Shown here: piece by piece, positions 1-9,061 of the stretch
Position numbering within the stretch: the stretch's first letter is position 1
Layout: each line of letters starts with the position of its first letter
Assembly: GCA_965233585.1 (NCBI GenBank)
Contig: CBDDTI010000746.1
Coordinates: forward strand, 224,001-288,000
Length of the DNA: 64,000 bases
Reading direction: 5' to 3'
Source: a bacterium
GTDB lineage: Bacteria; SAR324; NAC60-12
Notes under the pieces: model-generated
Seen by the model: the letters and a program-made list of their open reading frames with translations, nothing else
What the model was told of the DNA's origin: nothing
Databases searched by the model: none
Program-made: the position numbers and the translations under genes

Positions 1-368
1 GTAGTGGTGAACTGTCCTCTTTAAGTCATCGTATCAATCAAAGGATTGAATCACATGAAAAACTGTTAAGCGAGATTTTACTTGAGACTTTGAATGCGAT
101 TCAAACGATTCAGATCATTGGACCAACACAAGTGACAGAAGGCAGGCATCCTAATGTGAGCTTTCATACTCAAAAAGACCCGAAACAAATTGCCGAATCG
201 TTAAACAAAAAAGGAATGATGACCAATTCAGGACATTTTTATGCTTGGCGACTTTTAAAAGCAATGGATATTGACCCCCTGCGTGGCATAATCCGTTTAA
301 GCCTAGTCCATTACAATACTCAAGATGAAGTCAAAACATTATGTCAAGCACTCAAAGAGATTTTGTAA
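1..368 (+). CDS. Aminotransferase class V / cysteine desulfurase-like protein, C-terminal part (truncated by window start)
   Basis: Frame is open from base 3. The C-terminal motifs GHFYA and IRLSLVHYNTQDEV are typical of class V PLP enzymes. Confidence 0.8.
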   Translation, partial: SGELSSLSHRINQRIESHEKLLSEILLETLNAIQTIQIIGPTQVTEGRHPNVSFHTQKDPKQIAESLNKKGMMTNSGHFYAWRLLKAMDIDPLRGIIRLSLVHYNTQDEVKTLCQALKEIL

Positions 369-435
369 AACTAATAGGCAAAAAATTGTTAAAAATCAGG
401 CTAAAATTTCAGAATATTTGAATATTTGAGAGAAA

Positions 436-1203
436 ATGCTTAAAGCCAAAGGTGTTTATTTTCGTCCACATGGTGTAGAGATTCTACCCCCAACTGATGT
501 GGAGTTTACAGAAGGTCAGCTAACAGCTTTGTTGGGACCAAACGGAGCTGGGAAATCTACTTTGCTCAAATTGTTGAGCGGAGACATCACCTCACGCGGG
601 GACGTGATTTATCATCAAGACCAGTTACGAAGTTTAACCATCAAAGCACTGGCTAGGAGAAGGGTTGTTTTACCACAAGAAAGCTTTTTATCTTTCTCGT
701 TTACTGTGCGCGAGGTGGTGTCTTTGGGGGACATTGATGATGAAGCCAAACATCTGATTGATCGGTGTCTGGAAGAAGTAGATTTGCTGAAGTTATCAGA
801 CAGGAGTTATTTGACACTGTCTGGTGGTCAAAAACAACGATGTCAAATGGCAAGGGTGTTGTTACAAATTTATGACAGCATTGAACGTGGCTTTAAGCCT
901 GTCGTGTTCTTAGATGAACCTACGTCAGCATTGGATATGCCTCATCAGCACCATATTCTTAAAGTAGGACACGATTTGTCTCGCCAGCAAAATCTTTGTG
1001 TCATCGTCGTTTTACATGACCTGAATCTGGCAACTCAATACGCTGACAGAGTTGTCATGATGAAAGAAGGAAGGATTGTCCAAGACGGTTCTGTGTCAGA
1101 AGTGATGCAAGAAGGAACTGTCAGCGATGTTTATGATTATGAAGTAGAAATTTTGCAGCATAAAGGTAAGCATCTGATTATTCCTAAAAATTTGGTCTCT
1201 TGA
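436..1203 (+). CDS. hmuV: Heme/iron ABC transporter ATP-binding protein (HmuV-like)
   Basis: Walker A GPNGAGKST, signature LSGGQKQR, Walker B VFLDEPTSALD, and HmuV-like LPQES..FSFTVREVV and ARVLLQ. Confidence 0.75.
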   Translation: MLKAKGVYFRPHGVEILPPTDVEFTEGQLTALLGPNGAGKSTLLKLLSGDITSRGDVIYHQDQLRSLTIKALARRRVVLPQESFLSFSFTVREVVSLGDIDDEAKHLIDRCLEEVDLLKLSDRSYLTLSGGQKQRCQMARVLLQIYDSIERGFKPVVFLDEPTSALDMPHQHHILKVGHDLSRQQNLCVIVVLHDLNLATQYADRVVMMKEGRIVQDGSVSEVMQEGTVSDVYDYEVEILQHKGKHLIIPKNLVS

Positions 1204-1237
1204 TTTATTTGTTAACCCTCTACCTAAAAAGGTTTAT

Positions 1238-1825
1238 ATGATGAAAAAAGTCTTAATCATGCTGTCTGTGATGATAGCTTCTTCCGTTTTACATGCGGCA
1301 GACCACCCGTTTCTTTCAAGAAACTTTTGGAAAAATGCAACCATTCAAGAGGTCAAAGCACACCTTGAAGAGGGGCTGAATGTCAACCAACCAACATCAG
1401 ATGGCTTAACACCGTTGAGTTTTGCTGCAATGGAAAATCAAAACCCTGCAATCATTGAGCTTTTGATTCAAACTGGGGCAGTCATTGAACCATTGGAAGC
1501 CCCTTTTGGTTGGACGCCTCTGTTCTTGGCTGCCATGTCCAATCCTAATCCTGAAGTCATTGAAATGCTGGTCAAGCATGGTGCAGATGTCAACCAACGT
1601 TGTCAAGGCATCAGCTCTACTCCTTTGATTGATGCTGTGGTGCATAATCCTAACCCAGATATTGCAATGACTCTTTTGAAAAATGGCGCCAATACAAAAC
1701 TGCGAGATGAAGATGGACATTCTGCACTGGATTACGTCAAACTCAATCCCAAACTTCAAAACACAGAACTTCATCAAACTCTGCAAAATCTTGCAGAAAA
1801 CATGGTTGCCAAACACAGCCATTGA
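1238..1825 (+). CDS. Secreted ankyrin-repeat protein
   Basis: N-terminal signal peptide. About 4 ankyrin repeats (GLTPLSFAA, GWTPLFLAA, STPLIDAV, GHSALDY with GADVN). Confidence 0.9.
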   Translation: MMKKVLIMLSVMIASSVLHAADHPFLSRNFWKNATIQEVKAHLEEGLNVNQPTSDGLTPLSFAAMENQNPAIIELLIQTGAVIEPLEAPFGWTPLFLAAMSNPNPEVIEMLVKHGADVNQRCQGISSTPLIDAVVHNPNPDIAMTLLKNGANTKLRDEDGHSALDYVKLNPKLQNTELHQTLQNLAENMVAKHSH

Positions 1826-1834
1826 TTGTTTAAA

Positions 1835-1867
1835 AGCCGTTTTTTAGAAATTTTTAGAAAAACGGCT
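1835..1867 (+). terminator. Hairpin after first ankyrin gene
   Basis: Inverted repeat AGCCGTTTTT...AAAAACGGCT; U-tract is weak. Confidence 0.4.
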
Positions 1868-1953
1868 ATTCTTTGACTAAATTGACCCTTCAGTCAAACT
1901 TTCTTTACTCTATCGCCTTTGGTTTGGAAAAATTTTTGAGCTTCACGATAAAA

Positions 1954-2439
1954 ATGCCCCAGCTGTGTCTTTTAAAACTTGCAACAATCGCTTGCGTTGG
2001 TCTTTTCTTCTTGCCTCTTGCGTTTGCGGATAATGTCAGGATTTTAACCGTTAATTTTTGGAAGGCTGCCACGGTGTCTGACGTCCAGCAGGAGATTGAA
2101 AATGGAGCAGACCTTCACAATCTGGTCTGGCATAAAAAGTCTATCCTCTTTGTTGCATTGGAACACAATCCCAACCCTGATGTCATTTTGTTTTTGATGG
2201 AACAAGGGCTTGACCCCTTGAAAAAAGATGGTGATGGTTATGATGGACTATACTACCTCAAAAAAAATGACGCCTTAAAATCTTCTAACATTCGTCAAAT
2301 CATTCTTGACCAACAAGAAAGCTGGACGTCTTGGCTGAAAGCCAGCATTCTACCTCTCCTCATCTTTCTTGCAGTAGGATATTACTTTTGGTCTCGCCAC
2401 AGAAAAAACAAACTTGAACACCCTGACTTTCAAAAGTGA
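1954..2439 (+). CDS. Ankyrin-like protein with signal peptide and C-terminal membrane anchor (start uncertain; ORF opens at 1873)
   Basis: Shares the FWKxATxxxV..xxG motif and the NPNPDVI repeat with the upstream gene. C-terminal hydrophobic helix followed by a basic tail. Confidence 0.7.
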   Translation: MPQLCLLKLATIACVGLFFLPLAFADNVRILTVNFWKAATVSDVQQEIENGADLHNLVWHKKSILFVALEHNPNPDVILFLMEQGLDPLKKDGDGYDGLYYLKKNDALKSSNIRQIILDQQESWTSWLKASILPLLIFLAVGYYFWSRHRKNKLEHPDFQK

Positions 2440-2465
2440 TTGCAACCTTTCACTTTTTCTCTTCT

Positions 2466-3263
2466 CTAATTCGCTTTGTTAGAGAGACGTTTTTGGGGAA
2501 TAAAGAGGGGCGTCAATGAAATAGGATTTTCAATGACCGAACATTCTAGCTCAAAAACACGAGCAAACATGTCTTCAGTCATTACCTGTTTAGGTGTTCC
2601 TTGTTCATAAATTTTTCCTGCTTTCATCACGACAAGATGATGCACGTACCGTGCGGCTAAATTGACATCATGTAAAACCATCAACACAGTCTTGCCCTGT
2701 TTGTTCAGATGAGAAAGCATTTCTAGGCATTCCAGTTGATAGGTCATGTCTAGGTGATTGATGGGTTCATCTAAAAAAAGAATATTGGCATCTTGTGCAA
2801 CAGTCATGGCAAACCATGCTCTTTGTAATTGCCCACCTGACACTTCACAAATTCGCTGTTGTTTGATGTCCCACAACCCAACTAATTCCATCGCATACCT
2901 GACAGCATCTTCATCAGACTTTTGCCATTGCTGAAACATACTTTGATAGCTGTATCTCCCTAGCTTGACTAATTGAAACAATGTCATTTCATCAGGTGCA
3001 ACGCTGGTTTGTTCTAAGAAAGAAATCTGTTGTGCCAGCTTTTTTTTGGACATCTTACTTAAGTCTGATGAATCCAACATCACTTGACCTTGTGCTTTGG
3101 GAATTAGGTTTAAGACTGCTTTAAGAAAAGTAGATTTTCCACTTCCATTTGGACCAATGATTGCCGTCATCTTGCCTTGCAAAATCTCTAAATCTACCTC
3201 TTGAATGACACAAGTTTTGCCATAAGAAACTGATAATTTTTCAACCTGTAATTGACCTGACAC
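2466..3263 (-). CDS. Iron-siderophore ABC transporter ATP-binding protein (FhuC/FecE family)
   Basis: GPNGSGKST, VSGGQLQR, LDEPINHLD. Confidence 0.9.
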   Translation of the reverse strand: MSGQLQVEKLSVSYGKTCVIQEVDLEILQGKMTAIIGPNGSGKSTFLKAVLNLIPKAQGQVMLDSSDLSKMSKKKLAQQISFLEQTSVAPDEMTLFQLVKLGRYSYQSMFQQWQKSDEDAVRYAMELVGLWDIKQQRICEVSGGQLQRAWFAMTVAQDANILFLDEPINHLDMTYQLECLEMLSHLNKQGKTVLMVLHDVNLAARYVHHLVVMKAGKIYEQGTPKQVMTEDMFARVFELECSVIENPISLTPLFIPQKRLSNKAN

Positions 3264-3294
3264 AGAACCTTTGTTTGTTTTAATTTTGATTAAT

Positions 3295-4392
3295 TCAGCG
3301 AGCTTTGTGTTGATAAAAAATGATTAAAAAACCCACCCCTCCAACAACTGCAGTGGTAATGCCAACGGGAATTTGAATAGGCGCCAGCAATGTCCGACCA
3401 AGTGTGTCTGCAATCAAGACAAACGATGCTCCTAAACATGCAATTTGTAAACATGTCAACACCCCCAAAGCTCCACCAACGAACCGTTTGACCAAGTTAG
3501 GAATGATGACCCCAATGAATCCAATGGGACCTGCAAATGCAACAGCAAGAGATGCCATCAGACCTGAAATGACAATCAGAACAAAGCGGTATTTTGAATC
3601 ATGCCCCCCGACAGAATTGACCGTATTTGATGCTAGACACATGACTTGAATCACCCTTCCACTGACGATGATTGTGATGAGTGCCAAAATCAATCCAGCG
3701 GCGACATACAAAACTTGTTGCATAGAGGCTCCTGAGACGTCTCCACTTAACCACATTGCCGCTTGACTAGCACGATAAATGGGACCAATCACCATCAATA
3801 ATGACGTCCCTGCTTTGAAGAGTAAGGAGACCGCAACACCGACTAAAATCAATGTCATTGCTCCTCCTTTGATTCGTTGGCTCAAAGTCATCACAGCCGT
3901 CAAGGAAAGAAAAGCAAAGCTGATAGCAAACAAAGGTAAAAAAAACAAGGGAATGTCTAACTGGTCACCTGCATCACCTAAAATCACCAAAAACAAGACT
4001 GCCCCAAATGAAGCACTATCATTGACACTTGTGAGAGAAGGAGAGGCTAGAGGATTTTTGGTGGCAACCTGCATCAAATACCCTGAAAGTGCCAGCAACG
4101 CCCCTGCGATTCCTGCAAGCAAAGTACGAGGCATTCGTAATTTGTTGACCAATAACTGATTAAAAGCACGACCTTGCTCTAAAATTGCCTCAAACACCTC
4201 AAATGGAGATAAAAATTTCTTGCCATACGCTAAGCTAAAATAAAGTGACAGCAAAACAAGAACCACCAAACCCATCGTGATTGCCAAACTTCGTAAGTCA
4301 ATCTGATAAGAAAAGAATTGCGTCCTTAAAATCATATCAATTTGGTGAGGAATCCATTGAAAAAAATCATTTCCACTTGTTTCGTGTATCAA
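3295..4392 (-). CDS. FecCD-family iron ABC permease
   Basis: RMPRTLLA, KNPLASP, GPIGFIGVIIP, ADTLGR, IPVG motifs; polytopic membrane protein. Confidence 0.9.
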   Translation of the reverse strand: MIHETSGNDFFQWIPHQIDMILRTQFFSYQIDLRSLAITMGLVVLVLLSLYFSLAYGKKFLSPFEVFEAILEQGRAFNQLLVNKLRMPRTLLAGIAGALLALSGYLMQVATKNPLASPSLTSVNDSASFGAVLFLVILGDAGDQLDIPLFFLPLFAISFAFLSLTAVMTLSQRIKGGAMTLILVGVAVSLLFKAGTSLLMVIGPIYRASQAAMWLSGDVSGASMQQVLYVAAGLILALITIIVSGRVIQVMCLASNTVNSVGGHDSKYRFVLIVISGLMASLAVAFAGPIGFIGVIIPNLVKRFVGGALGVLTCLQIACLGASFVLIADTLGRTLLAPIQIPVGITTAVVGGVGFLIIFYQHKAR

Positions 4393-4413
4393 ATCATCAA
4401 AATTGACGTTTCA

Positions 4414-5385
4414 TCAAAGCTGTCGTTGATACAAAATGTAAATGAGGAAGGGAACTCCGACAAAAGAGATTAAAATCCCAACAGGTAATTCTGCAGGATA
4501 AACCACAGCACGCGAGGCAATGTCAGCAAACAAAGCAAGTAATGCCCCCATCAAAGCAGTTGGTATGGCAATCTTCTGAAACTCTATGTTTTGATAAATT
4601 CTTCTAGCAAGATGCGGTGTGAGTAAGCCAATAAAACTCACTGCACCTGCCATTGAAATTGCCAAACCTGCCAAAATAGACGCCAGTAAAAATGCAACAC
4701 CTCTCACTTGACTTGTATTGACTCCCACCCCTTTTGCCATGGCATCAGAAAGACTTAATCCCATCATGTGCCGAGACACTGACCAAATCGCTATCAACGT
4801 TGGGACAAGAATTAACATGTTGTAGCCGAAAAGTTCCAAAGAACGATTGTTGAATGACCCAAATAGCCAGACCAACGCCACTTGTAAATTCACTTCATCA
4901 GCAATCATAAACATTTGTACAAAACCATACAAAGATAGCGAAACGGTTGCCCCTACCAAAACCAAAATGCTTTCATTTTGACTTCGTTGTAAAATCAAAG
5001 TCATCAAAAAAACGCCCCCGCCAGTCAAAAACGCACCTACCATTGCAAAGACAGAAATCAAAGCGATTGCTTCAAAGTGAAACACACCAACGCCCAAAGC
5101 AACAAATAACGCACCACCTGCATTCATTCCCATCATGCTAGGAGAAGCTAAGCCATTCCTTGTCACGTTTTGCAACATCAAACCAGAGACTGCCAAAACC
5201 GCACCTGTTGCAATCGCAATCAACGTCCGTGTCAGGCGATATTTCTGAATGATTTCAACTGTCTCCAAGTCTCCAAGTCCCCACAACGCATTCCAAACTT
5301 CAAACGGATTATAAATTTTAGGACCAAAACACAGGTTCACTAAAATTAAACTTAAAAATAATATTGAAAAATAAATTTTATTCAT
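4414..5385 (-). CDS. FecCD-family iron ABC permease
   Basis: RLTRTLIA, RNGLASP, FIGLLTPHLAR, ELPVG motifs. Confidence 0.9.
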   Translation of the reverse strand: MNKIYFSILFLSLILVNLCFGPKIYNPFEVWNALWGLGDLETVEIIQKYRLTRTLIAIATGAVLAVSGLMLQNVTRNGLASPSMMGMNAGGALFVALGVGVFHFEAIALISVFAMVGAFLTGGGVFLMTLILQRSQNESILVLVGATVSLSLYGFVQMFMIADEVNLQVALVWLFGSFNNRSLELFGYNMLILVPTLIAIWSVSRHMMGLSLSDAMAKGVGVNTSQVRGVAFLLASILAGLAISMAGAVSFIGLLTPHLARRIYQNIEFQKIAIPTALMGALLALFADIASRAVVYPAELPVGILISFVGVPFLIYILYQRQL

Positions 5386-5510
5386 GTAGATTAATACACC
5401 TTTTAAGCATGTATTCTGCCATTAATTTATTGTGTGTCAATTTTTTTAACTTCAAAGCACATCAAATTTAGGCGGATTTTTTTAATTTTATTTCTAACTA
5501 AAGGAAAACT

Positions 5511-6413
5511 ATGATCAAGCAAATTTTAACTCAAGCCTTATTATCAACAACTACTGTGGGAATCTTGGCACTTCCTGCCCATGCTTTGGAAATTGAGCAT
5601 GCGATGGGAAGCACTGATGTCAGCAAAACGAAGCGGGTTGTCATTTTAACAAATGAAGGAACAGAAGCATTGTTGGCTTTGGGAGTGAAGCCTGTTGGTG
5701 CTGCAAATTCATGGAATGGTGAACCTTGGTATCCTCATATTACCGAACAAATGGGTGATGCAGAACCTGTTGGCAAAGAAAGTGCGATTGACCTAGAAGC
5801 CATTGCCAGCTTAGAACCCGATTTGATTATCGGTAACAAATTGCGTCAGGAGAAACACTACGAACATTTGTCTGCCATTGCTCCCACCGTCTTTTCTGAA
5901 ACACTCAAAGGTCAATGGAAAAACAATTTTATGTTTTATGCCAAAGTAGTCGGTCAAGAAGAGTTAGGCAAAGAACTTTTAGCAGAGTATTTTGAAAATG
6001 CCAGACGCATTAAAAAAGCAAACATCATGGAGCGAATCTCTGTTGTCCGTTTTTTACCGGGGCAGGCAAGGATTTACAAAGAAGACTCTTTCAGTGGTCA
6101 GATTTTACAAGATGCCAACTTCAAAAGAATGCCTGTTGCTTATGAAGCTGGCTTTGTGGTGAAGCTCACAAATAAAGAACGTATTCCAGAAATGGACGGA
6201 GACCGCATTTTTTACTTCACGTGGGACAAAGGAGACGGCAAAGGGGTTGCCTTTCAAAAAGAATGGCAAGCCACAATGCTTTGGAAAAATTTGGGTGCAG
6301 TCAAAGCAGGCAAGGTGCATCAAATTTCTGACACCATTTGGAACACATCGGGTGGCATCATCTCAGCCAAAAAAATGCAACAAGACTTGATTGAATTTTA
6401 TAACATTCCATAA
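5511..6413 (+). CDS. Iron-siderophore ABC substrate-binding protein
   Basis: Signal peptide; HAMGST, RVVILT, LGVKPVG, LEPDLII, IAPTV motifs; divergent from the permeases. Confidence 0.9.
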   Translation: MIKQILTQALLSTTTVGILALPAHALEIEHAMGSTDVSKTKRVVILTNEGTEALLALGVKPVGAANSWNGEPWYPHITEQMGDAEPVGKESAIDLEAIASLEPDLIIGNKLRQEKHYEHLSAIAPTVFSETLKGQWKNNFMFYAKVVGQEELGKELLAEYFENARRIKKANIMERISVVRFLPGQARIYKEDSFSGQILQDANFKRMPVAYEAGFVVKLTNKERIPEMDGDRIFYFTWDKGDGKGVAFQKEWQATMLWKNLGAVKAGKVHQISDTIWNTSGGIISAKKMQQDLIEFYNIP

Positions 6414-6581
6414 CTTAGTCTTTTCAAAAAGCAAAGGAACAAGTCTTTTTTAAATTAAATTTTATAACATTCCATAATTTAATCTTTTCAAAAAGCGAAA
6501 GAACAAATCTTTTTCAAATTAAATTTTATAACATTTTATAACTTAATCTTTTTAAAAAGCGAAGGAACAAATCTTTTTTAA
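6394..6581. repeat. Three degenerate tandem copies of a 64-bp unit
   Basis: AATTTTATAACATT... starts at 6394, 6458 and 6522, with no spacers. Confidence 0.9.
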
Positions 6582-6582
6582 T

Positions 6583-7047
6583 ATGGTCTCACTTACTCGC
6601 CGTCAGTTCGTCATCAAGAGCAGTCTTTTAGTTGTTGGTTTGGAACTTTTGCACAAGCCAGTTGATGCAAGAGTCAGTGAAATCTTTATCACAGGCAATG
6701 ACGATCTTCGTTACAATTTAAAAAAAATCACTGTTCCCAGAGGCATTGTCAAAATCACCTTGAAACACATCGGCACAAGTTCTCGGGACCATCATGGGCA
6801 TAATGTCGTCCTGACCAAAAAACAAGATTTAGTGCCTGTTGCCATCGCCTCACAAAATGCAGGACTAGAGAATGAATACATTCCACCAAATGACAACCGA
6901 GTGTTAGCTCATACTTCACTCATTGGAGGCGGCGAAACGACAAGCATCACTTTTGACACTTCCAACTGGGAAGAAGCAGATTACGTGTTTTTCTGCTCTG
7001 TTCCCGGTCATTGGACCGTGATGCGTGGTGATTTCATCATTTCTTAA
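6583..7047 (+). CDS. Azurin/auracyanin-like type 1 blue copper protein with twin-arginine signal
   Basis: GHNVV, AHTSLIGGGE and FFCSVPGHWTVM give the His/Cys/His/Met ligands; N-terminal TRRQF. Confidence 0.85.
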   Translation: MVSLTRRQFVIKSSLLVVGLELLHKPVDARVSEIFITGNDDLRYNLKKITVPRGIVKITLKHIGTSSRDHHGHNVVLTKKQDLVPVAIASQNAGLENEYIPPNDNRVLAHTSLIGGGETTSITFDTSNWEEADYVFFCSVPGHWTVMRGDFIIS

Positions 7048-7068
7048 ACTTTTTTTTCTCACTCGCCA

Positions 7069-7633
7069 GTCATTCCGTGCCTAACAGAGAATCTCAAACA
7101 CCCTTTCGTCATTCCGCACTTGATGCGGAATCTATCGTCAAACCAAGCATGGATTCCTGCTTCCGCAGGAATGACCAAATGCAACACAGCCAAATCCTCC
7201 TGTCATTCCGCACTTGATGCGGAATCTATCGCCAAACCAAGCACAGATTCAGAGCTTTTGCACATTCTACAATGGATTCCTGCTTCCGCAGGAATGACAA
7301 AGAGACGTGTGCGGAATCTCAACCCTTCCGTCATTCCGTGCTTGATGCGGAGTCTCAAAAACAAAAGTCGTTTTGGAAAATGAAGAAGTTAGGAAAAAGA
7401 GTGAGATTGCGGGTCAAACCCGCAATGACATTTTTCAAGGTGAGCAATGACAGGGGAGTGAGGAAAAGAGCAAACCGTCATTCCGCACTTGAGCGGAATC
7501 TATCACCAAACCAAGCATGGATTACTACATGACTGGATTCCTGCTTTCGCAGGAATGACGGTTGTGTAGAGATTGCGGGTCAAGGTGAGCAATGACAGTT
7601 GTGTAGAGCTTGTAGGTCAAAGTGAGCAATGAC
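7069..7633. repeat. Cluster of (C)GTCA-tagged palindromic REP-like elements, including inverted doublets
   Basis: Repeated GTCATTCCGCACTTGATGCGGAATCT, GGATTCCTGCTTCCGCAGGAATGAC and GAGATTGCGGGTCAA...GCAATGAC. Confidence 0.9.
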
Positions 7634-7661
7634 GAAGTGTTTCAATTCCCCTCTGACAAGA

Positions 7662-8431
7662 GGCAGTGTTCACTTGGTGTTGGTATAATATTTTTCAAGT
7701 CTTTTATAGTCAAAGAAGAGTTTGAGAGTGTGATCCAGCATGTGAAAAGTTTTAGAATGTCGTTTAGATTTTCTCATAAAGCGAGCAAGGTTATCCCTAA
7801 TAGAAGAGTTTGAAGATTCAATGAGGTGAGTCTTGTCCTTGCCTATTTCATGCTTCTCTGGAATTCGGAGTTGCGCAAATGCGACTTGATAGCAAGAGTT
7901 CGCATCTGTATAAATCGTTTCAATTCTAGCTCGTTGTGCTTTGACGAGTGCATAGAGCTTCTTGGCAGCTGCTAATCCTTTGCCTATCACAAAGGCAATC
8001 ACACATTGTTCTCTACGAGAGTCTGCTGTCCAAACGACTACTCTTTGACTTTTTTTTGAACAAAAGTATAGATTTCATCCATCTCTATGCTATCTACTTG
8101 TTCATTGAAACTTGCTGCTCCCTTTGGGAGTTGAGCCACTCTGGCTTTTTTGATCCAGTTGAGAACAGAAGTTGGAGACACCTTGAGAAAACGAGCTATT
8201 TTTCTGATGCCTACGCTATTGACATACATCTCTAAGGCTTGACGCTTCGTCTCTAGTGGGATTCTCAACCCATTTGAACTGAATGACCTCCCACATGATT
8301 TGCAACCATACCTCTGCACTCCTTTGTAACAACCATTCTTGATATAATTCTGACTTCCACAATGATGACAACTTCTCATATTCATTCCTCAAATTCACTC
8401 TCACATGCAATAACACCAAGTGAACACTGCC
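7662..8431 (-). mobile_element. IS1-family insertion sequence (770 bp)
   Basis: Perfect 20-bp terminal inverted repeats GGCAGTGTTCACTTGGTGTT (7662-7681 and 8412-8431) enclosing insA/insB-like ORFs. Confidence 0.95.
7670..8385 (-). CDS. IS1 transposase InsAB, expressed by -1 frameshift
   Basis: InsA part (8038-8385) has CxxC..CxxC and an HTH. An A8 run at 8050-8057 shifts into ..KSQRVVVWTAD..IAFVIG..YTD..IES, the DDE domain. Confidence 0.9.
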
Positions 8432-8470
8432 TTCACACAAGGGGAATAAGTCCTTCCTCTTTTTCCTTTC

Positions 8471-8817
8471 GTCATTGCTCATCTTGAGTGAGCAATCTCT
8501 CTTTTTTTTCTTAAAACACAGGACAAACACTTGGGTTTGTCCCTACGTAGTGACCTGCTGGATTGCCTTTTCGTCATTGAGGGTTTAACCCGCAATCTCT
8601 ATACAACCGTCATTGCGGACTTGATCCGCAATCTCTCTTTTTTTCATCCTTCTTTTTAGTCATAGCACGTCTTGAAAATTGTCATTGCGGACTTGACCTG
8701 CAATCTCTCTCTTGTTTTTTGAGATTCCGTGTCAAGCACGGAATGACAGAGGGCTTCTGAGGTTCTGTGTCAAGCATGGAATGACAAGAGGATTTTGCTC
8801 ACCTTGCCCGCAATCTC
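8471..8817. repeat. Second cluster of GTCA-tagged REP-like palindromes
   Basis: GTCATTGCTCATCTTGAGTGAGCAATCTC, GTCATTGCGGACTTGATCCGCAATCTC, GAGATTCCGTGTCAAGCACGGAATGAC and degenerate copies. Confidence 0.9.
8520..8546 (-). repeat. Single GTAG-tagged REP-like palindrome
   Basis: Minus strand reads GTAG-GGACAAAC-CCAAGT-GTTTGTCC. Confidence 0.6.
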
Positions 8818-8997
8818 TCAATTTTCTCTTTTTTGCAAAAAAGGGGGTGTTCTGCTCTCTTTTCTTCTTCTCTTTGCTTTTTCATCACAACCTGAATCTT
8901 TTAAAAAAGCATCATTTCACAAGGTACCTCCGTTGTTAGAAGCCGTTGTCTAGCCTTTTTGTGATTCCAAAAGGGTTTAAATTTATCACAGGATTCA

Positions 8998-9006
8998 TGC
9001 TATAAT
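8998..9006 (+). promoter_or_regulatory. Extended -10 promoter candidate for the cyclase-like gene
   Basis: TGCTATAAT about 55-75 bp upstream of the possible starts. Confidence 0.5.
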
Positions 9007-9061
9007 GGCGGAATTTTGATTTTTCTATTTCAGTGGTTTCAATTTTTCATTAAATTGGAAT

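Noticed and set aside
6394..6581. CRISPR or iteron array
   Set aside because: Head-to-tail copies with no unique spacers and no rep gene; the unit derives from a gene junction.
7120..7532. ORFs 7120-7383 and 7272-7532 (also 8712-8939)
   Set aside because: They are translations of palindromic repeats (WIPASAGMT-type peptides), with no evidence of being genes.
7069..7633. CRISPR array
   Set aside because: Repeats alternate in orientation and type, spacing is irregular, linkers are shared and no cas genes are present. This fits REP-like elements.
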